From the NCBI RefSeq assembly GCF_009914755.1, contig NC_060927.1: a stretch of DNA of 64,000 nucleotides, one strand, 5' to 3'. The notes under the pieces are model-generated. The model searched no databases. It had not been told where the DNA came from and saw only the letters and a program-made list of their open reading frames with translations. This DNA comes from the human T2T-CHM13v2.0 reference genome, Homo sapiens. The position numbers and the translations under genes are program-made. Below, one piece after another: positions 40,905 through 53,360 of the stretch. Position 1 is the first letter of the stretch; every line of letters begins with the position of its first letter.

Positions 40905-41516
40905 TAGATAATGTATCCTCTCCAAAAGTCAGTTATTTCCAATGTGATACTATTAAAAGATGGGGTCTTTGAAAGGTTATTAGGGCTAGGAGCAGTGGCT
41001 CATGTCTTTAATCCCAGCACTTTGAGACGCCGAGGCGGGCGCATCACCTGAGATACATGACCATATATGAGATCGAGACCAGCCTGGCCAACATGGTGAA
41101 ACCCCATTTCTACTAAAAATACAAAAATTAGCTGCGTGTGGGGGTGCACACCTGTAATCCCAGCTACTCAGGAGGCTGAGGTGGGAGAATCTCTTGAACC
41201 CAGTGGGCAGAGGTTGCAGTGAGCCAAGATTGCAGTCTAGGTGACAGAGGGAGACTCCGTCAAAAAAAAAAAAAATAGTTATTAGGCCATGAGAGCTTCT
41301 CCCTCATGAATCAGATCAATGCCTTTGCAAAAGAGGCTTCACGCAGCATTCAGCTAGTGTGCTCTTCCCCTCCTGACATGTGAAGGCCCTCACGAGATCC
41401 CAGTTCCTTGATCATGGGCTTTGCCACCTCCAGAGCTGAGAGAAAATAAATTTCTCTTTTTCATAAATTACTCAGCCCCTGATATTTTGTTTTAGCAGCA
41501 CAACTGAACTAGGACA
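40905..41516 (+). mobile_element. MST-type MaLR LTR interrupted by an Alu
   Basis: TTATTAGGCCATGAG..CCCTCATGAAT; AATAAATTTCTCTTTTTCATAAATTAC; ends AACTAGGACA. Confidence 0.7.
40984..41275 (+). mobile_element. AluS with internal indels
   Basis: Alu dimer with poly-A; flanking repeat GTTATTAG. Confidence 0.9.
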
Positions 41517-43479
41517 ATCATCCTTTGTCAGATATGTAGTCTACAAATACTTTCTCCCCATCTGTAGGTTTCCATTTCATCCTCTTAACAAACTCACAGA
41601 GCAAATAGTTTAAATTTTGTTAAATTCTAATTTATCAACTTTTCCATTTGTACTTGTGCATTGATAGTTTTTTTATTATGAATAGATGTCAAATTTTGAT
41701 TTTTCTGCGTGAATTGATATAATTATGTGATTTTTCTTCTTCAGTTTGTAAACAAGGTGGATCACGTTGATTTTTTAAATATTAAACTAGTCTTGCAATT
41801 TTGGAATAAACCCTACTCAGTATAACATTCTTTTTTTACACTGTTACATTGTTGAATTCTATTTGCACGTATTTTTTAAAGAAATTTTGAGTCCATTTTA
41901 TGAGAAATATTCATTGGTGGTACTCCTTTTTTGGTACTGTCTTTGCTTTTGCTGTCGGGCTAATTCTAGCTTCATAGAATAAATTCAGACGAGTTCTCTC
42001 GTTTTCTGTCTACTTTATCTTCCTAGAATCAGAAGTCATTCCTTAAGTTTTTAAGATTAACTTAAAAATTGTGTTACTCTTTTCCAATTTAACAAATTCT
42101 AAAAATCACTTTTAGGGAAATTTTTATAGCTTGATAAAATCACTTTTTTGAATCTTGCAATTGCATTTATAAAGTTAATATTAATATATGCAGGTTTTTT
42201 CCCTTTTTACTAACTTTAAAAACCTTTAGTCAGCAAAATGTTTGCCAATGTTTAAACTATTCTAATTTAATTTTTTCTATTGCTTACAAACATATCCAAA
42301 TTATATTTTATATTTCTAATTAAAACTTGTAACAATAAAATCACTTAATTGTATACTTTTACTGTAATCCCAAGACTACTTTGAATAATATGTCAAAATA
42401 TCTTAAATAGTTAAAATATTTTTAAACCACTATACCCATATTTTTCTGAACATAAAAGATTTGTAGTAAAGTAAGCTTTATTATTTCTGTACAAAAGTCT
42501 GAATCTTTCCAGGGTTAAAAAAAAAAAAAGATTTCAACGAAAACTCACTAAAAAAAACAACTGTATCATCCCAAGCATATTAGAATTACCACATCAACAG
42601 CTAAATTTACATATCGACTGAATATTTGGGCAAGGGTATAAAACTCAAAGCTGTGACTATCAAGAGTGATTTTTCTCACTGCAAAATGAACAGGTTGAAT
42701 CCCTTATAGGTGATTGGTCTTTCTTGGATTCAAGATATGCCATTAATTAATTCTTCTAATTGATTTCAATCTGGTGCCCCACTCAGGCTGTGGCTAACTT
42801 CGTTCAATATTGAGTTTGATTTTCCAATTTTCCCATATATTTGTTATTATTATATTTTAATTTTTTTCGTCTCGTGCTAAAGGCATGTAAGCTTAGATAC
42901 TGTATACCCTTATACTTATTTTTCCTACTTATTTTAGCTTTATCACCTAATTTGAGCTGATAGATTTCCTATATATTTTACATTTTTTTCTATTTGGCAC
43001 TTTTTCATCATTACACACATATATATTTAAAAGGACCATACAGTGGGCTGACAAACTGCTAGTTGGATAACTATCCCAAACATTATTCACCAAGTACTAT
43101 GAATCTGCTTCATATATAAGTGGGTCATTCTGTTACCTAGAGCCCCAAGTTTAGATTATTTTTCTTCAGACTGAGTTTACTGAAACTCATTAGAAATTAT
43201 AATTAACATTAATTGGCATGCCTTCCTGGATTACAGTAATTCCCCAGCAAATAGGTGTCTTCTTTCTTCTGGCTTTAGGGGGAACTACTTCACCTACATA
43301 ATTATAATTTGTTCCAAAGGGGGCTTTCAATAATGATACTTTGAATTATTTCACACCCTAAATATAAGAACATGTTTCAAACTTAGACAAACATAATACA
43401 TTTACCCAAACCCTCTGCTGCAAAATGAACTAAGCAAGGTGTGAGCTGTGATAAATGGCCTGCCAATCAGAGTCCTGCT

Positions 43480-43810
43480 CTGATTTTCTACAAAACATTG
43501 TGGAGGGTAAAAGTCTCTTTTCCTCCAGCAATGAAGCTGCCAGAAACTGAGCCTAGTGCCTCTAGTGGCCCATCTGCCATCATACGGTGAAAAGTGGTCG
43601 GTGGTAGAAGAATATTAAGGTAATACACAGAAAACCAGGAAAGGGAGGAAAAGAAAGCAAGCCCCAGTGATGTAATGGTTATTTTTTAGCCATTTCCTTT
43701 AGTATTTCTGTAATTTCTGATTACATGAGCCAGTATATCCCTCAATTTGCCTAGGGGGCTTCGGGTTAGGTTTTTGTCACCAGCACCAAGAACAGACCTG
43801 ATTACTATAG
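43480..43810 (+). mobile_element. Old MLT1 (J/K-like) LTR fragment
   Basis: TTACATGAGCCAGTATATCCC..GGTTAGGTTTTTGTCAC..GACCTGATTACTATA resembles an MLT1 3' end. Confidence 0.45.
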
Positions 43811-44869
43811 TCACAGCTTTTTGCCTTCCTCATGTGACAGACAGCTTTCTGCGCATTTCCCTTTCTACCTACACTCTTACTCATTTGAATTATAAATACT
43901 TGAGAATTATCTTAGACACTATATCTAGTTTTTAAATTTAATAATCAGAAAACATTCTACAATACTCAAAGAAAAGCACCAACATGCATGGTCTGACATA
44001 CTATTTGTAAATTGAAAACAATTGGCTTTTTAAAGGAATTATTATGCTATAAGGGTGTGGTTATCTTCTTGGTTTGTTAGGTTCCTAGTAGCATTATAAA
44101 ATGTTAATTAATATGATTCTATTTCTGTAAAGGATATCATCTATTCTATTCATTCATTCTAAACCAAAAAAAGTCACAGAAAAAGAAGCATAATTTGTCA
44201 CCGTGTCTTTCTAGAATTTGCTTAGCATCCCAATTTTTTACACTAGCTTTTTCTCTTCCGTTCCATTTATAGTATTCCAAAACTGCCAAGAAATTATCCC
44301 CTCAAAGAAAATAAGATCATATTCTTAATAGCTATGCTCAGATAAGGATACTAATCTATGCCTTACAGAGTTATTCTAAAGATAAAATGAGTTGTCTTTG
44401 TCTCTCCAGTTACCCTGAAAAGCTCCTTGAGAATAAGAATCCTTTCTTCTGCTTCTTTTTTCTGTACACTGTGCCACCAAGGCTCACCAGGTTCACAAAA
44501 TTGTTTTCAACCAATTAAAACTATACTACAAGTGTCTTCCTTTCTAAGCATTTCAATCCTAGAGGTTTTAGTTGGATAAAGCGAGGTAGATGTCCAGAGC
44601 AAAAGTGAAGAGGGGTTGCCTCAATGAACAGAGCCTAAGCAGAGTGAGAATAACAACACTGCAGAAGAAACATCACGGTTTGGGGAGTTCAAACAGTGTG
44701 GCAAGGGGCGTTGGAGTGCACGAAGGCTGAGGAGACAGCCCATGCAATTGTGAAGGAAAACGTCCAGGAAGGGAGCATCGGCGTCTGAGCAGGGAGAGGA
44801 CAGCCTCCATGCAGAAGAGAAAGTCGAAGCAGGAGAAGGAGATTGGATATATACAAGGTGATTGATTGG

Positions 44870-47090
44870 ATTTAAAAAAAAAAAAAGCCAGAGCTCCTTG
44901 GAGAAATGGATTATTTCTAGTTTGAGTCAGGGAAAGTACAAGATAAGCCTGGGCCATATTTTTCTTTCAGAAAGTAAGGAAATGCCCAGAGAAAAATGCG
45001 AACATCTCAGAAGCACAGAGCAGATAGCTTGAATGAAATAAAACTGGCCAAATCCAGGGACAATTTGAGCATCAAAATAAATAATGATAGCAATGGATTG
45101 TAATCAACTGAACACAAAAGTAACCATGAGTGCATATGGTATGAAAAAATTAATGAATAAATGGAAATGTTAAAAGGGAGGATTATTTTCATAGATTTCA
45201 GAGTAACTCTATGTAATACTAATTTCAAAGTGAGAAGGTGTACTTTTAAAATTGAGGAACCTGACAGTCATCACCTTAAACAAGTGATCCAAGTAGACAA
45301 CATCAGTGATGAAACAAATTGAAACCGTGCATCAACCTGATAGTACACACAAGAAACAACATTATATAAAACTCTTTCCATAGATGAATCTAAACATGAG
45401 GAAACATCAGACAATCCCAAATTAAGAAGTATTCCATAAAATAACTAGACAGTAATCTTCAAAAATATGAAGGTAATGAAATCAAGGTGTGTTCAGAATT
45501 GGTGGGTTCTTGGTCTCACTGACTTCAAGAATGAAGCCGCGGACCCTCGCCGTGAGTGTTACAGTTCTTAAAGGCGGCGTGTCCGGAGTTTGTTCCTTCT
45601 GATGTTCGGACGTATTAGGAGTTTCTTCCTTCTGGTGGGTTCGTGGTCTCACTGGCTTCAGGAGTGAAGCTGCAGACCTTCGCGATGAGTGTTACAGCTC
45701 TTAAGGCCGAGTGTCTGGAGTTGTTCGTTCCTCCCCGTAAGTTCGTGGTCTTGCTGGCCTTAGGAAGTGAAGCTGCAAACCTCCAGTGAGTGTTACAGCT
45801 CATAAAGGCAGCGCAGACCCAAAGAGTAAGCAGCAGCAAGATTTATTGCAAAGAGCGAAAAAACAAACCTTCCACTCTGTGGAAGGGGACCAGCCTGGCT
45901 GGGCTAGTCCCCAGCTGGCTGGGGTAGCCTGCTTTTATTCCCTTATCTGGCCCTACCCACATCCTGCTGTTTGGTCCATTTTACAGAGAGCTGATTGGTC
46001 TGTTTTACAGAGCGCTGAATGTTCCTTTTTGACAGGGTGCTGATTGGTGCATTTACAATCCCTGAGCTAGACACAAAAGTTCTCCATGTCCCCACTAGAT
46101 GAGCTAGATACAGAGCACTGATTGGTGCATTTACACACCTTGAGCTAGACACAGAGTGCTGATTGGTGTATTTACAATCCCTTAGCTAAACATAAAGGTT
46201 CTCCAAGTCCCCACTAGACTCAGCAGCCCAGCTGGCTTCACGTAGTGGATCCTGCACTGGGGTCGCAGGCGGAGCTGCCCGCTAGTCCGGCACCTTGCGC
46301 CCGCACTTCTCAGCCATTGGGCAGTTAATGGGACCAGCGCCGCGGAGCAGGGGGCGGCGCTGGTCGGGGAGGTTTGGGCAGCGCAGGAGCCCACTGCGGG
46401 GGCGAGGCTTGGGCATGGCGGGCTGCAGGTCCTGAGCCCTGCCCTGTGGAGAGGCAGCTGAGGCTCAGCAAGAATTCGAGTGCAGCGCTGGTGGGCCGGC
46501 ACTGCTGGGGGACCCGGCGCACCCTCCGCAGCTGCTGGCCCGGGTGGTAAGCCCCTCACTGCCCGGGGCCCGCGCCGCCGGCGGGCGGCTCAGAGTGCGG
46601 GGCCCTCTGAACCCACACCCACCCGGAACTTGCGCTGGCCCGAGAGTGCCGCTCGCAGCCCCGGTTGCCGCCCACGCCCCTCCCTCCACACCTCCCTGCA
46701 AGCAGAGGGAGCTGGCTCCGGCCTCGGCCAGCCCAATGAGGGGCTCCCACAGTGCAGCGCGGGGCTGAAGGGCTTCTCAAGCGCTGCCAGAGTGGGCGCA
46801 AAGGCCAAGGAGGCGCCGAGAGCAAGGAGCAAGCGAGGGCTGAGGGCTGCCAGCAAGCTGTCACCTCTCAAAGGTAAGATTGAGGAACTGTTACAAATTG
46901 AAGAAGACTAAGGACTAAATGCAATGAGGGATTCTAAACTGAAATCTTCTGTCATGTGTAAATTACATGACAAAATTTTTAGGGAAATTGGAAAAATTAG
47001 AATGGGAACTAAGGATTAGGTAGTCATATGTATCATTGTTAAGTTTCTGGTTTTGATAGTTATGGTTATTAAGGAGGATACAACTTGTTT
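44870..47090 (+). mobile_element. L1MC4/5-like 3' region split by LTR12C
   Basis: GCCAGAGCTCCTTGGAGAAATGG; CATCACCTTAAACAAGTGATC; resumes after LTR with GAGGAACTGTTACAAATTGAAGAAGACTAA. Confidence 0.65.
45488..46870 (-). mobile_element. LTR12C (ERV9) solo LTR, 1383 bp
   Basis: Reverse complement starts TGAGAGGTGACAGC; GC/CpG-rich U3 at 46240-46870; repeated CTGATTGG units; U5 repeats GAGTGTTACAGCTC; perfect TSD AAGG at 45484-45487 and 46871-46874. Confidence 0.93.
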
Positions 47091-47147
47091 TTTGTGCTAA
47101 AAACTATGTCCTACTACTACTAAATGCTACTAAGAGCTATTAAAAAC

Positions 47148-47805
47148 ACAACCACTATGGAAAACAGTGTGGAGGTTCCTTAAAGAACTAAAAGTAGATC
47201 TACCATTTGATCCAGCAATTCTACTACTAGGTATCTATCTACCCAGTGGAAAAGATGTCATTACATGAAAAAGATACTTGCACATGCATGTTTATAGCAG
47301 CACAATTTGCAGTTGCAAAATATCGAACTAGCTCAAATGACCATCAATCAACTAGTGGATAAAGAAAAAAAAAATATATATATATACCGCATTTTCTTTA
47401 TCCACTAGTTGATATATGTATATATATGTGTGTATATATATATATATGAGTACTACAGCCATAAAAAGGAATGAAATAATGGCATTCACAGCAACCTGAA
47501 TGGAATTGAAGAGTATCATTCTAAGTGAAGTATCTCAGGAATAGAAAAACAAACATCATATGTAGGCGTAAGTGGGAGCTAAGCTGTGAGGATGCAAAGG
47601 CATAAGAATGATACAGTGGGCATTGGGGATTCGGGGAAAGGGTGGGTGTAGGTGAGGGATAAAAGACTACACATTGGGTACTGTGTACACTGCTCAGGTG
47701 ATGGGTGCAACAAAATCTCAGAAATCACAACTAAAGAACTTATTCATGTAATCAAACACCACTTGATCCCTAAAAACCTATTAAAATTAAAAATAAATTT
47801 TAAAA
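47148..47805 (+). mobile_element. L1PB1-like 3' fragment
   Basis: GAGGATGCAAAGGCATAAGAATGATAC..GGGATAAAAGACTACAC..AAATCTCAGAAATCAC. Confidence 0.85.
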
Positions 47806-49277
47806 AAAGGAAAATTGAAGTTTGTCAACATAAAAAGACAGAGTATAGTACAATAAGTGTAATAAAATAGCAAACAAATCCAGAATGTTAACAAACCCTG
47901 ATATAGACTATGTTTTAAAAATGAATAAAATGCAGGTGACCTTGAATGACAACAATTAAAAAAAAAAACAAACCTATGTTCTTATTTCTAGGACTAAAGT
48001 ATTGGAGTGTTAAATGGTATTAGGTTGTCAATTTCATCTCAAATTAGTCAGAAAAAAGAGTTCCTTGTCCAGTACATCCAACTTGTTTATGTTTAAAATT
48101 GTTACAAAGTTAATAAGAATACTATTTACTAGCATTATGAAATGTAAAATATCCTGAAGTATATCACTGTCACAATACACGCAAATAAAATTATAATACA
48201 ATTACTATTTATTTCATGTACAGTTTATCTACCTAGTTAAGTATTATGATTCTAGATAGAAATCAAATATCATCTTTTTAGGTAAAAGGCAAATCAACCA
48301 CTTTAAAATAAAAATACAGAAACAACTTAATTGTGTCAAGTAATTGTATCAGATTGTAAGATGCATAAGGGACTTGGTTCAATTTTTCAATTTTTCTCCT
48401 GTGCTTTGCACTTAGAAATAAGGACATAGCTATTTCAATTCCCTTCACACACCACATTGTAATTATGAGTTTCCTTGTCTGTCCACCATATTGTGAGTAC
48501 CTGAAGGGCAGAATCCTTGTCTTACTCAGCTTTGCACAGCTGGGGCTTATAACATCTGCTAAAAAAAAAAAAAAAGAAACCATTTATTAAACTGTTGCTA
48601 TTTTCATGAACTTTTGTTAACAGCCTGATGAGCTTGGGAATGATCATTGCTACCTGAAATGAATGAGCTGTGCAAATGGAAGATATTCTCAGGGCTCATG
48701 ACCACACCTGAAGCAGGTATAAATGCAGGAGTGGATGAGAAAATCTATATATTGACACAAAGTGAAGCGGAAAATTTAGAGTAACATAGCAATCAATTTT
48801 TTAATCTATAGGTTATATATATATATTTGCGTTCTCCTTATCCTCTTCTATGAGAACTGCCTTTCCCTTAGCGGTAAGACCCTGAGACTACTATATGCGC
48901 TATATGGCTCTCCGGGCCATAGGTTATTTGGCAGAAAATGAACACCTAATAGAGAGTATCTCTAGAGATTTGGCTAGGCCAATTAAATTCTGTCTTCCAG
49001 GAATTCAGAACAAGGATAAGAGAAGTGTAGACACTGGACCAGTGAATATAGATATAGAAGCTAAGAAAACTGACCAGAGAAAAGAGGAAAAAAAGGGAGG
49101 GGAAGAGCAGAAAGACCAATAAGTCTTTCTGTGAAGAAATTGTAGAAGTGCTGCCCAAATTTTCAGGGTTGTTCGAGTCCCAGCCTCACTTCCTGTCCTT
49201 GGCTTTAATGTGATGTCCTTTTATCTTTCCAATACAATGATTCTTTTTTGTGCTATAGGTGTTTCAAATGAGATTTG

Positions 49278-49315
49278 TTCCTTATAATCAAAGTATTTCC
49301 TTATAATCAAAGTAT
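49278..49315. repeat. Perfect 19-bp tandem duplication
   Basis: TTCCTTATAATCAAAGTAT x2. Confidence 0.9.
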
Positions 49316-49609
49316 TGCTGATCAAGAAATTAGTGCAGTATACACATAGCCAACATCTATCAAATGCAATGATTGCTGAACCAGACTAAGCAGGGAAAGT
49401 AATAAAAGTAGTAATAACAATGAGAACACAAAATCAACTCAACTGAAGCTACCAAGTGATTTAATCAACTGAGACAAAAGCTTTGTTGTAGAATCTCTGG
49501 GCAATATCAATATTAATAACTTGGAGGCGATTGGTAATGTTATCAAGAATTATTTTAGTGGAATCCTGGGGCCAGATAACAAAGTGAATTCTATAGTGAA
49601 TAAGAGGTT

Positions 49610-49848
49610 TAAATGAGCTCTGCTGTTCTATAGCACTGTAGCATGACTATAGTTAACAATATTATATTATATAGTTTCAAATAGCCAAAGGAGGAAATTG
49701 AATGTTCCCAAAACAAAGAGATAATAAATGTTTGAGATGACAGATATGTTAATTACCCTGGTGTGATCATTTACATTGTATGTATCAAACTATCACTATG
49801 CACCCCATAAATATTTACAACTATTATTTGTTAATAAAAAAAGAAAAA
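49610..49848 (+). mobile_element. L1MA 3'-end fragment
   Basis: GACTATAGTTAACAAT..TTCAAATAGC..GAATGTTCCC..CCCCATAAATAT. Confidence 0.8.
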
Positions 49849-50019
49849 AGTTTAAAATATTGAAGTAAGTTTAGACAAATTTTATATCATTTTTAGATAT
49901 GGAGAGGAGGTAGAGTGGGATTGGAGAATACATAAAGAGTTTTTATGGCTTTTGTGTTTGAGGACTGACACAACACAAAGTTTAGATGTACAAGAGATAA
50001 AAAGTATAATTGATAGTGC

Positions 50020-53000
50020 ATGATTCATTCAAAACAAGTGTTTACTGTATGCCCACTTATGTGCTGAGCTTTATTCTAGGAGCTAGAGATGTGGCAGTAA
50101 CTACGAGGTCACCTTTGTCGTGAAGCCCACAATCTAGTATGCAAAGCGGACAATAAAGAAATATATGTCAGTTCAGATCAAGATTTTGGAGGAAAAAATA
50201 AGCATTTCAAAGTTAAGCAGAAATATAGAGTGTGTGGGGAGGGGGTGTTAGTTTAGGTGCTGCATAGTTAGGGAGGTATGGGTAAGGTGATACCTTTCCA
50301 TCAAGAACTGAATGGAGTTATGGAGCCAAGTAAATATCCAGGGGGAAGTTTCAAGTAGAAAGTATAGAAAGTACAAGTGACCTGAAAGAAGATAATATTC
50401 TGAGGCATCTAAACAAAGTAAGTTTGGCTGCAGCACTCTGCAAATTAGAGAGCGGTGAGAAGTCATAGAGGTGGCCAAAAACTAGATTTTGTAGGACTTT
50501 GAGGAGTCTTGTAAATTTTTTTTTTTATTATTCTGAGTAAAATAAAAAGCCATTGGAGTTTTTTAAATTTGGTTGTAACAGACAAAAAGTGAGGAAAATA
50601 TGCCTGTAGCTTGGTGAATTTTGCACATATGCTATGTAACTACCACATTAAGCAAGTATACAACATTTGTAGCAGTCCAAAAGATTCTCTTCCTATTTAA
50701 TAGTTCATTTTTTTTCAAAGGCAATTACTATTTTGATTTCTATTAAAAAGATTAGTTTCTCTTGTTCCTGATCTTCACAGGGAAGATGAAGTAGGTAATT
50801 TTTGTTTTCACATTTTGGCAACATAGCATCTTTGATGTTTTTTATGTTTTGCGTGTATTTTTTATATTGCCAAAAGGTATTCCTTATATAAAATGTGATA
50901 TATATAATTATAAAATGTGATATAATTATATATATCTTCAATTTTTGGCATTCGGGTCGCTCCTGGCTTGAGCTTTATGATGAATAAAGCTGTCAGGAAT
51001 ATGCTTGCACATGTCCGTTGGTGTACACATGCACACATGCACTCATTTTTAATAGGTCTGTAACAGGGATTGCTTGATTGTTGGGTATGTTTCAACTTGG
51101 AAAAAAAAAAACTGCCAAAAGACTTTCAAAAATGATTTTACTAATTTATATTCCACCCAGAAATGTGTCCGTTTCAGTTGCTGCCTGTTTTTGCTAACAC
51201 TTGATATTACTAGGCTCTTTAATTTTGGCCATTATTTTGAATGTTTATTAGTACTGCTTTGTGGTTTTAGTTTTCTTTTTCCTTCTTTTTTTTTTTTTTT
51301 TGGATGACTGATTGTTGGGCACCTTTTCATGTGCAAAGTGTCAAATTAAATGTTTTATTTTTTGAATCATCTGTTCATGGGTTTTTGCTGACTTTTGTTT
51401 ATTAGGATTTTTTCTGTTTTGTCTTTTAAAATTCATTTATAGAAGTTCTTTTTATATTTTGTATGCAAATCATTTGTGAGATATATATTACCAAAATCTG
51501 TTCTGAGCATGTGTCTCGCTTTTTCACATTTTTAATGATGTCTTTTAATAGACAGAAGTTTTTACTTTAATTAAGATCAATTTTTTTCTCTTATAGTTTG
51601 TGCTTTTTGTGTCTTATTCTTAAAAGTTATGCCTACTCTAGAGCTTCAAAGATACTGTTTCTTTAATACAAGCTTTATTATTTACTTTACATATTCATAT
51701 ATGTAATCCATTTGTGTGAGTCTTGTGTATGGACTGGTCACAGCCAAAGTTCATTTGTTTCATATGGATATCCAGTTGATCCAGAATTATTTATTGAAAA
51801 AGCATCCTGTACCACTTTGTTGTACATTAAATGAATATGTATATGGAATTTCTGTTCTGTTTCCTTATTTGTTCATCATTATAATATCACAGCATCTTAA
51901 TTTCATTTTTTATGATAAGCTTTGAAAATTTATCAATGTAAATCTTGTGGTTTGTTCTTCTCTAAGATTGTCTTGTCTATTCTATGTCCTTTGCATTTCT
52001 ATATACATTTTGGAATCTACTTACAAACTTTTACACACACACATATTAACACAAACATTCTCAAAGGAAAAAGAAACCTGCTGTAATTTTTACCAAAATT
52101 ATACTAATTCAACAACTTAATTTGAGTGCCACTGACATCTCTATAATATTGAGTCTTTCAATCCATAAGCATGGTAAACCTCTACATTATTTAGGGAGTC
52201 ACTAATTTCTCTCAACAATATTTTGCAGTTTTTAGTGTAGAAGTCTTGCATATCTTTAATAAGATGGTTTTTTGTTATTGTAAATAATATAGTTTAATTT
52301 CATTTTGTAATCTGTTGCTTGTGTATTAAAATATTATTGACTTTTTTGTATAGACTTTGTATCTTTTGTATATTGACCTTGTATCTATGAACATACTACC
52401 TCAAATTCTTTCATATTGATCTTGCTAATTTACTTAATAATTCTCATGGCTTTTTGTAGAGTCTTTGGATTTTTCATTTATACAATATTGTCATTTGCAA
52501 ATAATGAAAGTTTAGCTTCTTTCAAAAATGTATCCCTTATATGTTTTCACGCCTTGTTGCCCTGCCTAGAATTGACAAAGATTTTAAGTAGTGAAGTCAG
52601 AGAATTAAAATATTTTTGCTACTATGAGATAAATGGGCCAATAGAAACAAGAATGGAGGAAGAGACCCCAATTAATTTCCTATTTCAATAGTGCAGGCCA
52701 GTGATGGTGTTACTGTATAGGTGTACAGAAGTAATCACATTTTAAATATACTTTGAATGTAGTCAGTAGGCGTTTCTGATATATATAATAGTATATGATC
52801 GTAAGACGAATTCTGAAAACTTCCAGATCTTCTTGTTGTTGTTACTTGACTGAGCATCTGAGTAACAGGAATTGCATATTACCAAGATGAAAATACTGGG
52901 AAGATGAGGTTACAAGAGTAGAAACAAAAATTGCATATTCAGTTTTGAACATTAATTTGGAGATTCTTACCAGATTTCTTAGTAGATAGGTTGAGCTGGT

Positions 53001-53360
53001 AGTTAGATACAACAATCTAAAGTTTAGGAGGGAGGTTTTTGAGTTCTGTAAATATATATTTGGAAGTCATCAGCGTATGTGTTATTTGAAACTGTTGAGT
53101 ATTTGAAATAAGTGTAAAGAGGAGGAATAGTATAAAAACATAGCTGTGGGACACTCTGACACTTTTTGGCTTGTTCCTTTTCATACAGTAAAGCAAAACA
53201 AATAGGAGCAGCCATTAAGGTAGGAGAAACCCCAGGAAATTATGTTTATCCCAGTAACTAATAGAGGAAAGTGTTTAAAAGGTAAAAGGAATTACCAACT
53301 ATGTCATATGATGCTGATAGTTCTACCAAAGTGAGGACTGACAAATGACCATTGAATTAT
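50020..53360 (-). mobile_element. L2 (50020-50560 and ~52690-53360) interrupted by an old L1M
   Basis: ATTCATTCA L2 3' end; TTTGGAAGTCATCAGCGTAT; AAGTGAGGACTGACAAATGACCATTG. Confidence 0.65.
50570..52590 (-). mobile_element. Old L1M (L1ME-like) fragment
   Basis: CATATGGATATCCAGTTG; ATAATATTGAGTCTTTCAATCCAT; TGTCATTTGCAAATAATG. Confidence 0.7.

Larger units (their letters stand above)
39610..42010 (-). mobile_element. Old L1MC-like fragment hosting MLT1B and MST+Alu
   Basis: CCTTGGCAACCACTGAT..TGGAATCATA; TTTCACTCAGCATAAT; RT-like 41.7-41.9 kb. Confidence 0.7.

Noticed and set aside
46182-46911. Cluster of overlapping 65-143 aa ORFs on both strands
   Set aside because: All lie in the GC-rich U3 of LTR12C, where stop codons are rare; no recognisable protein
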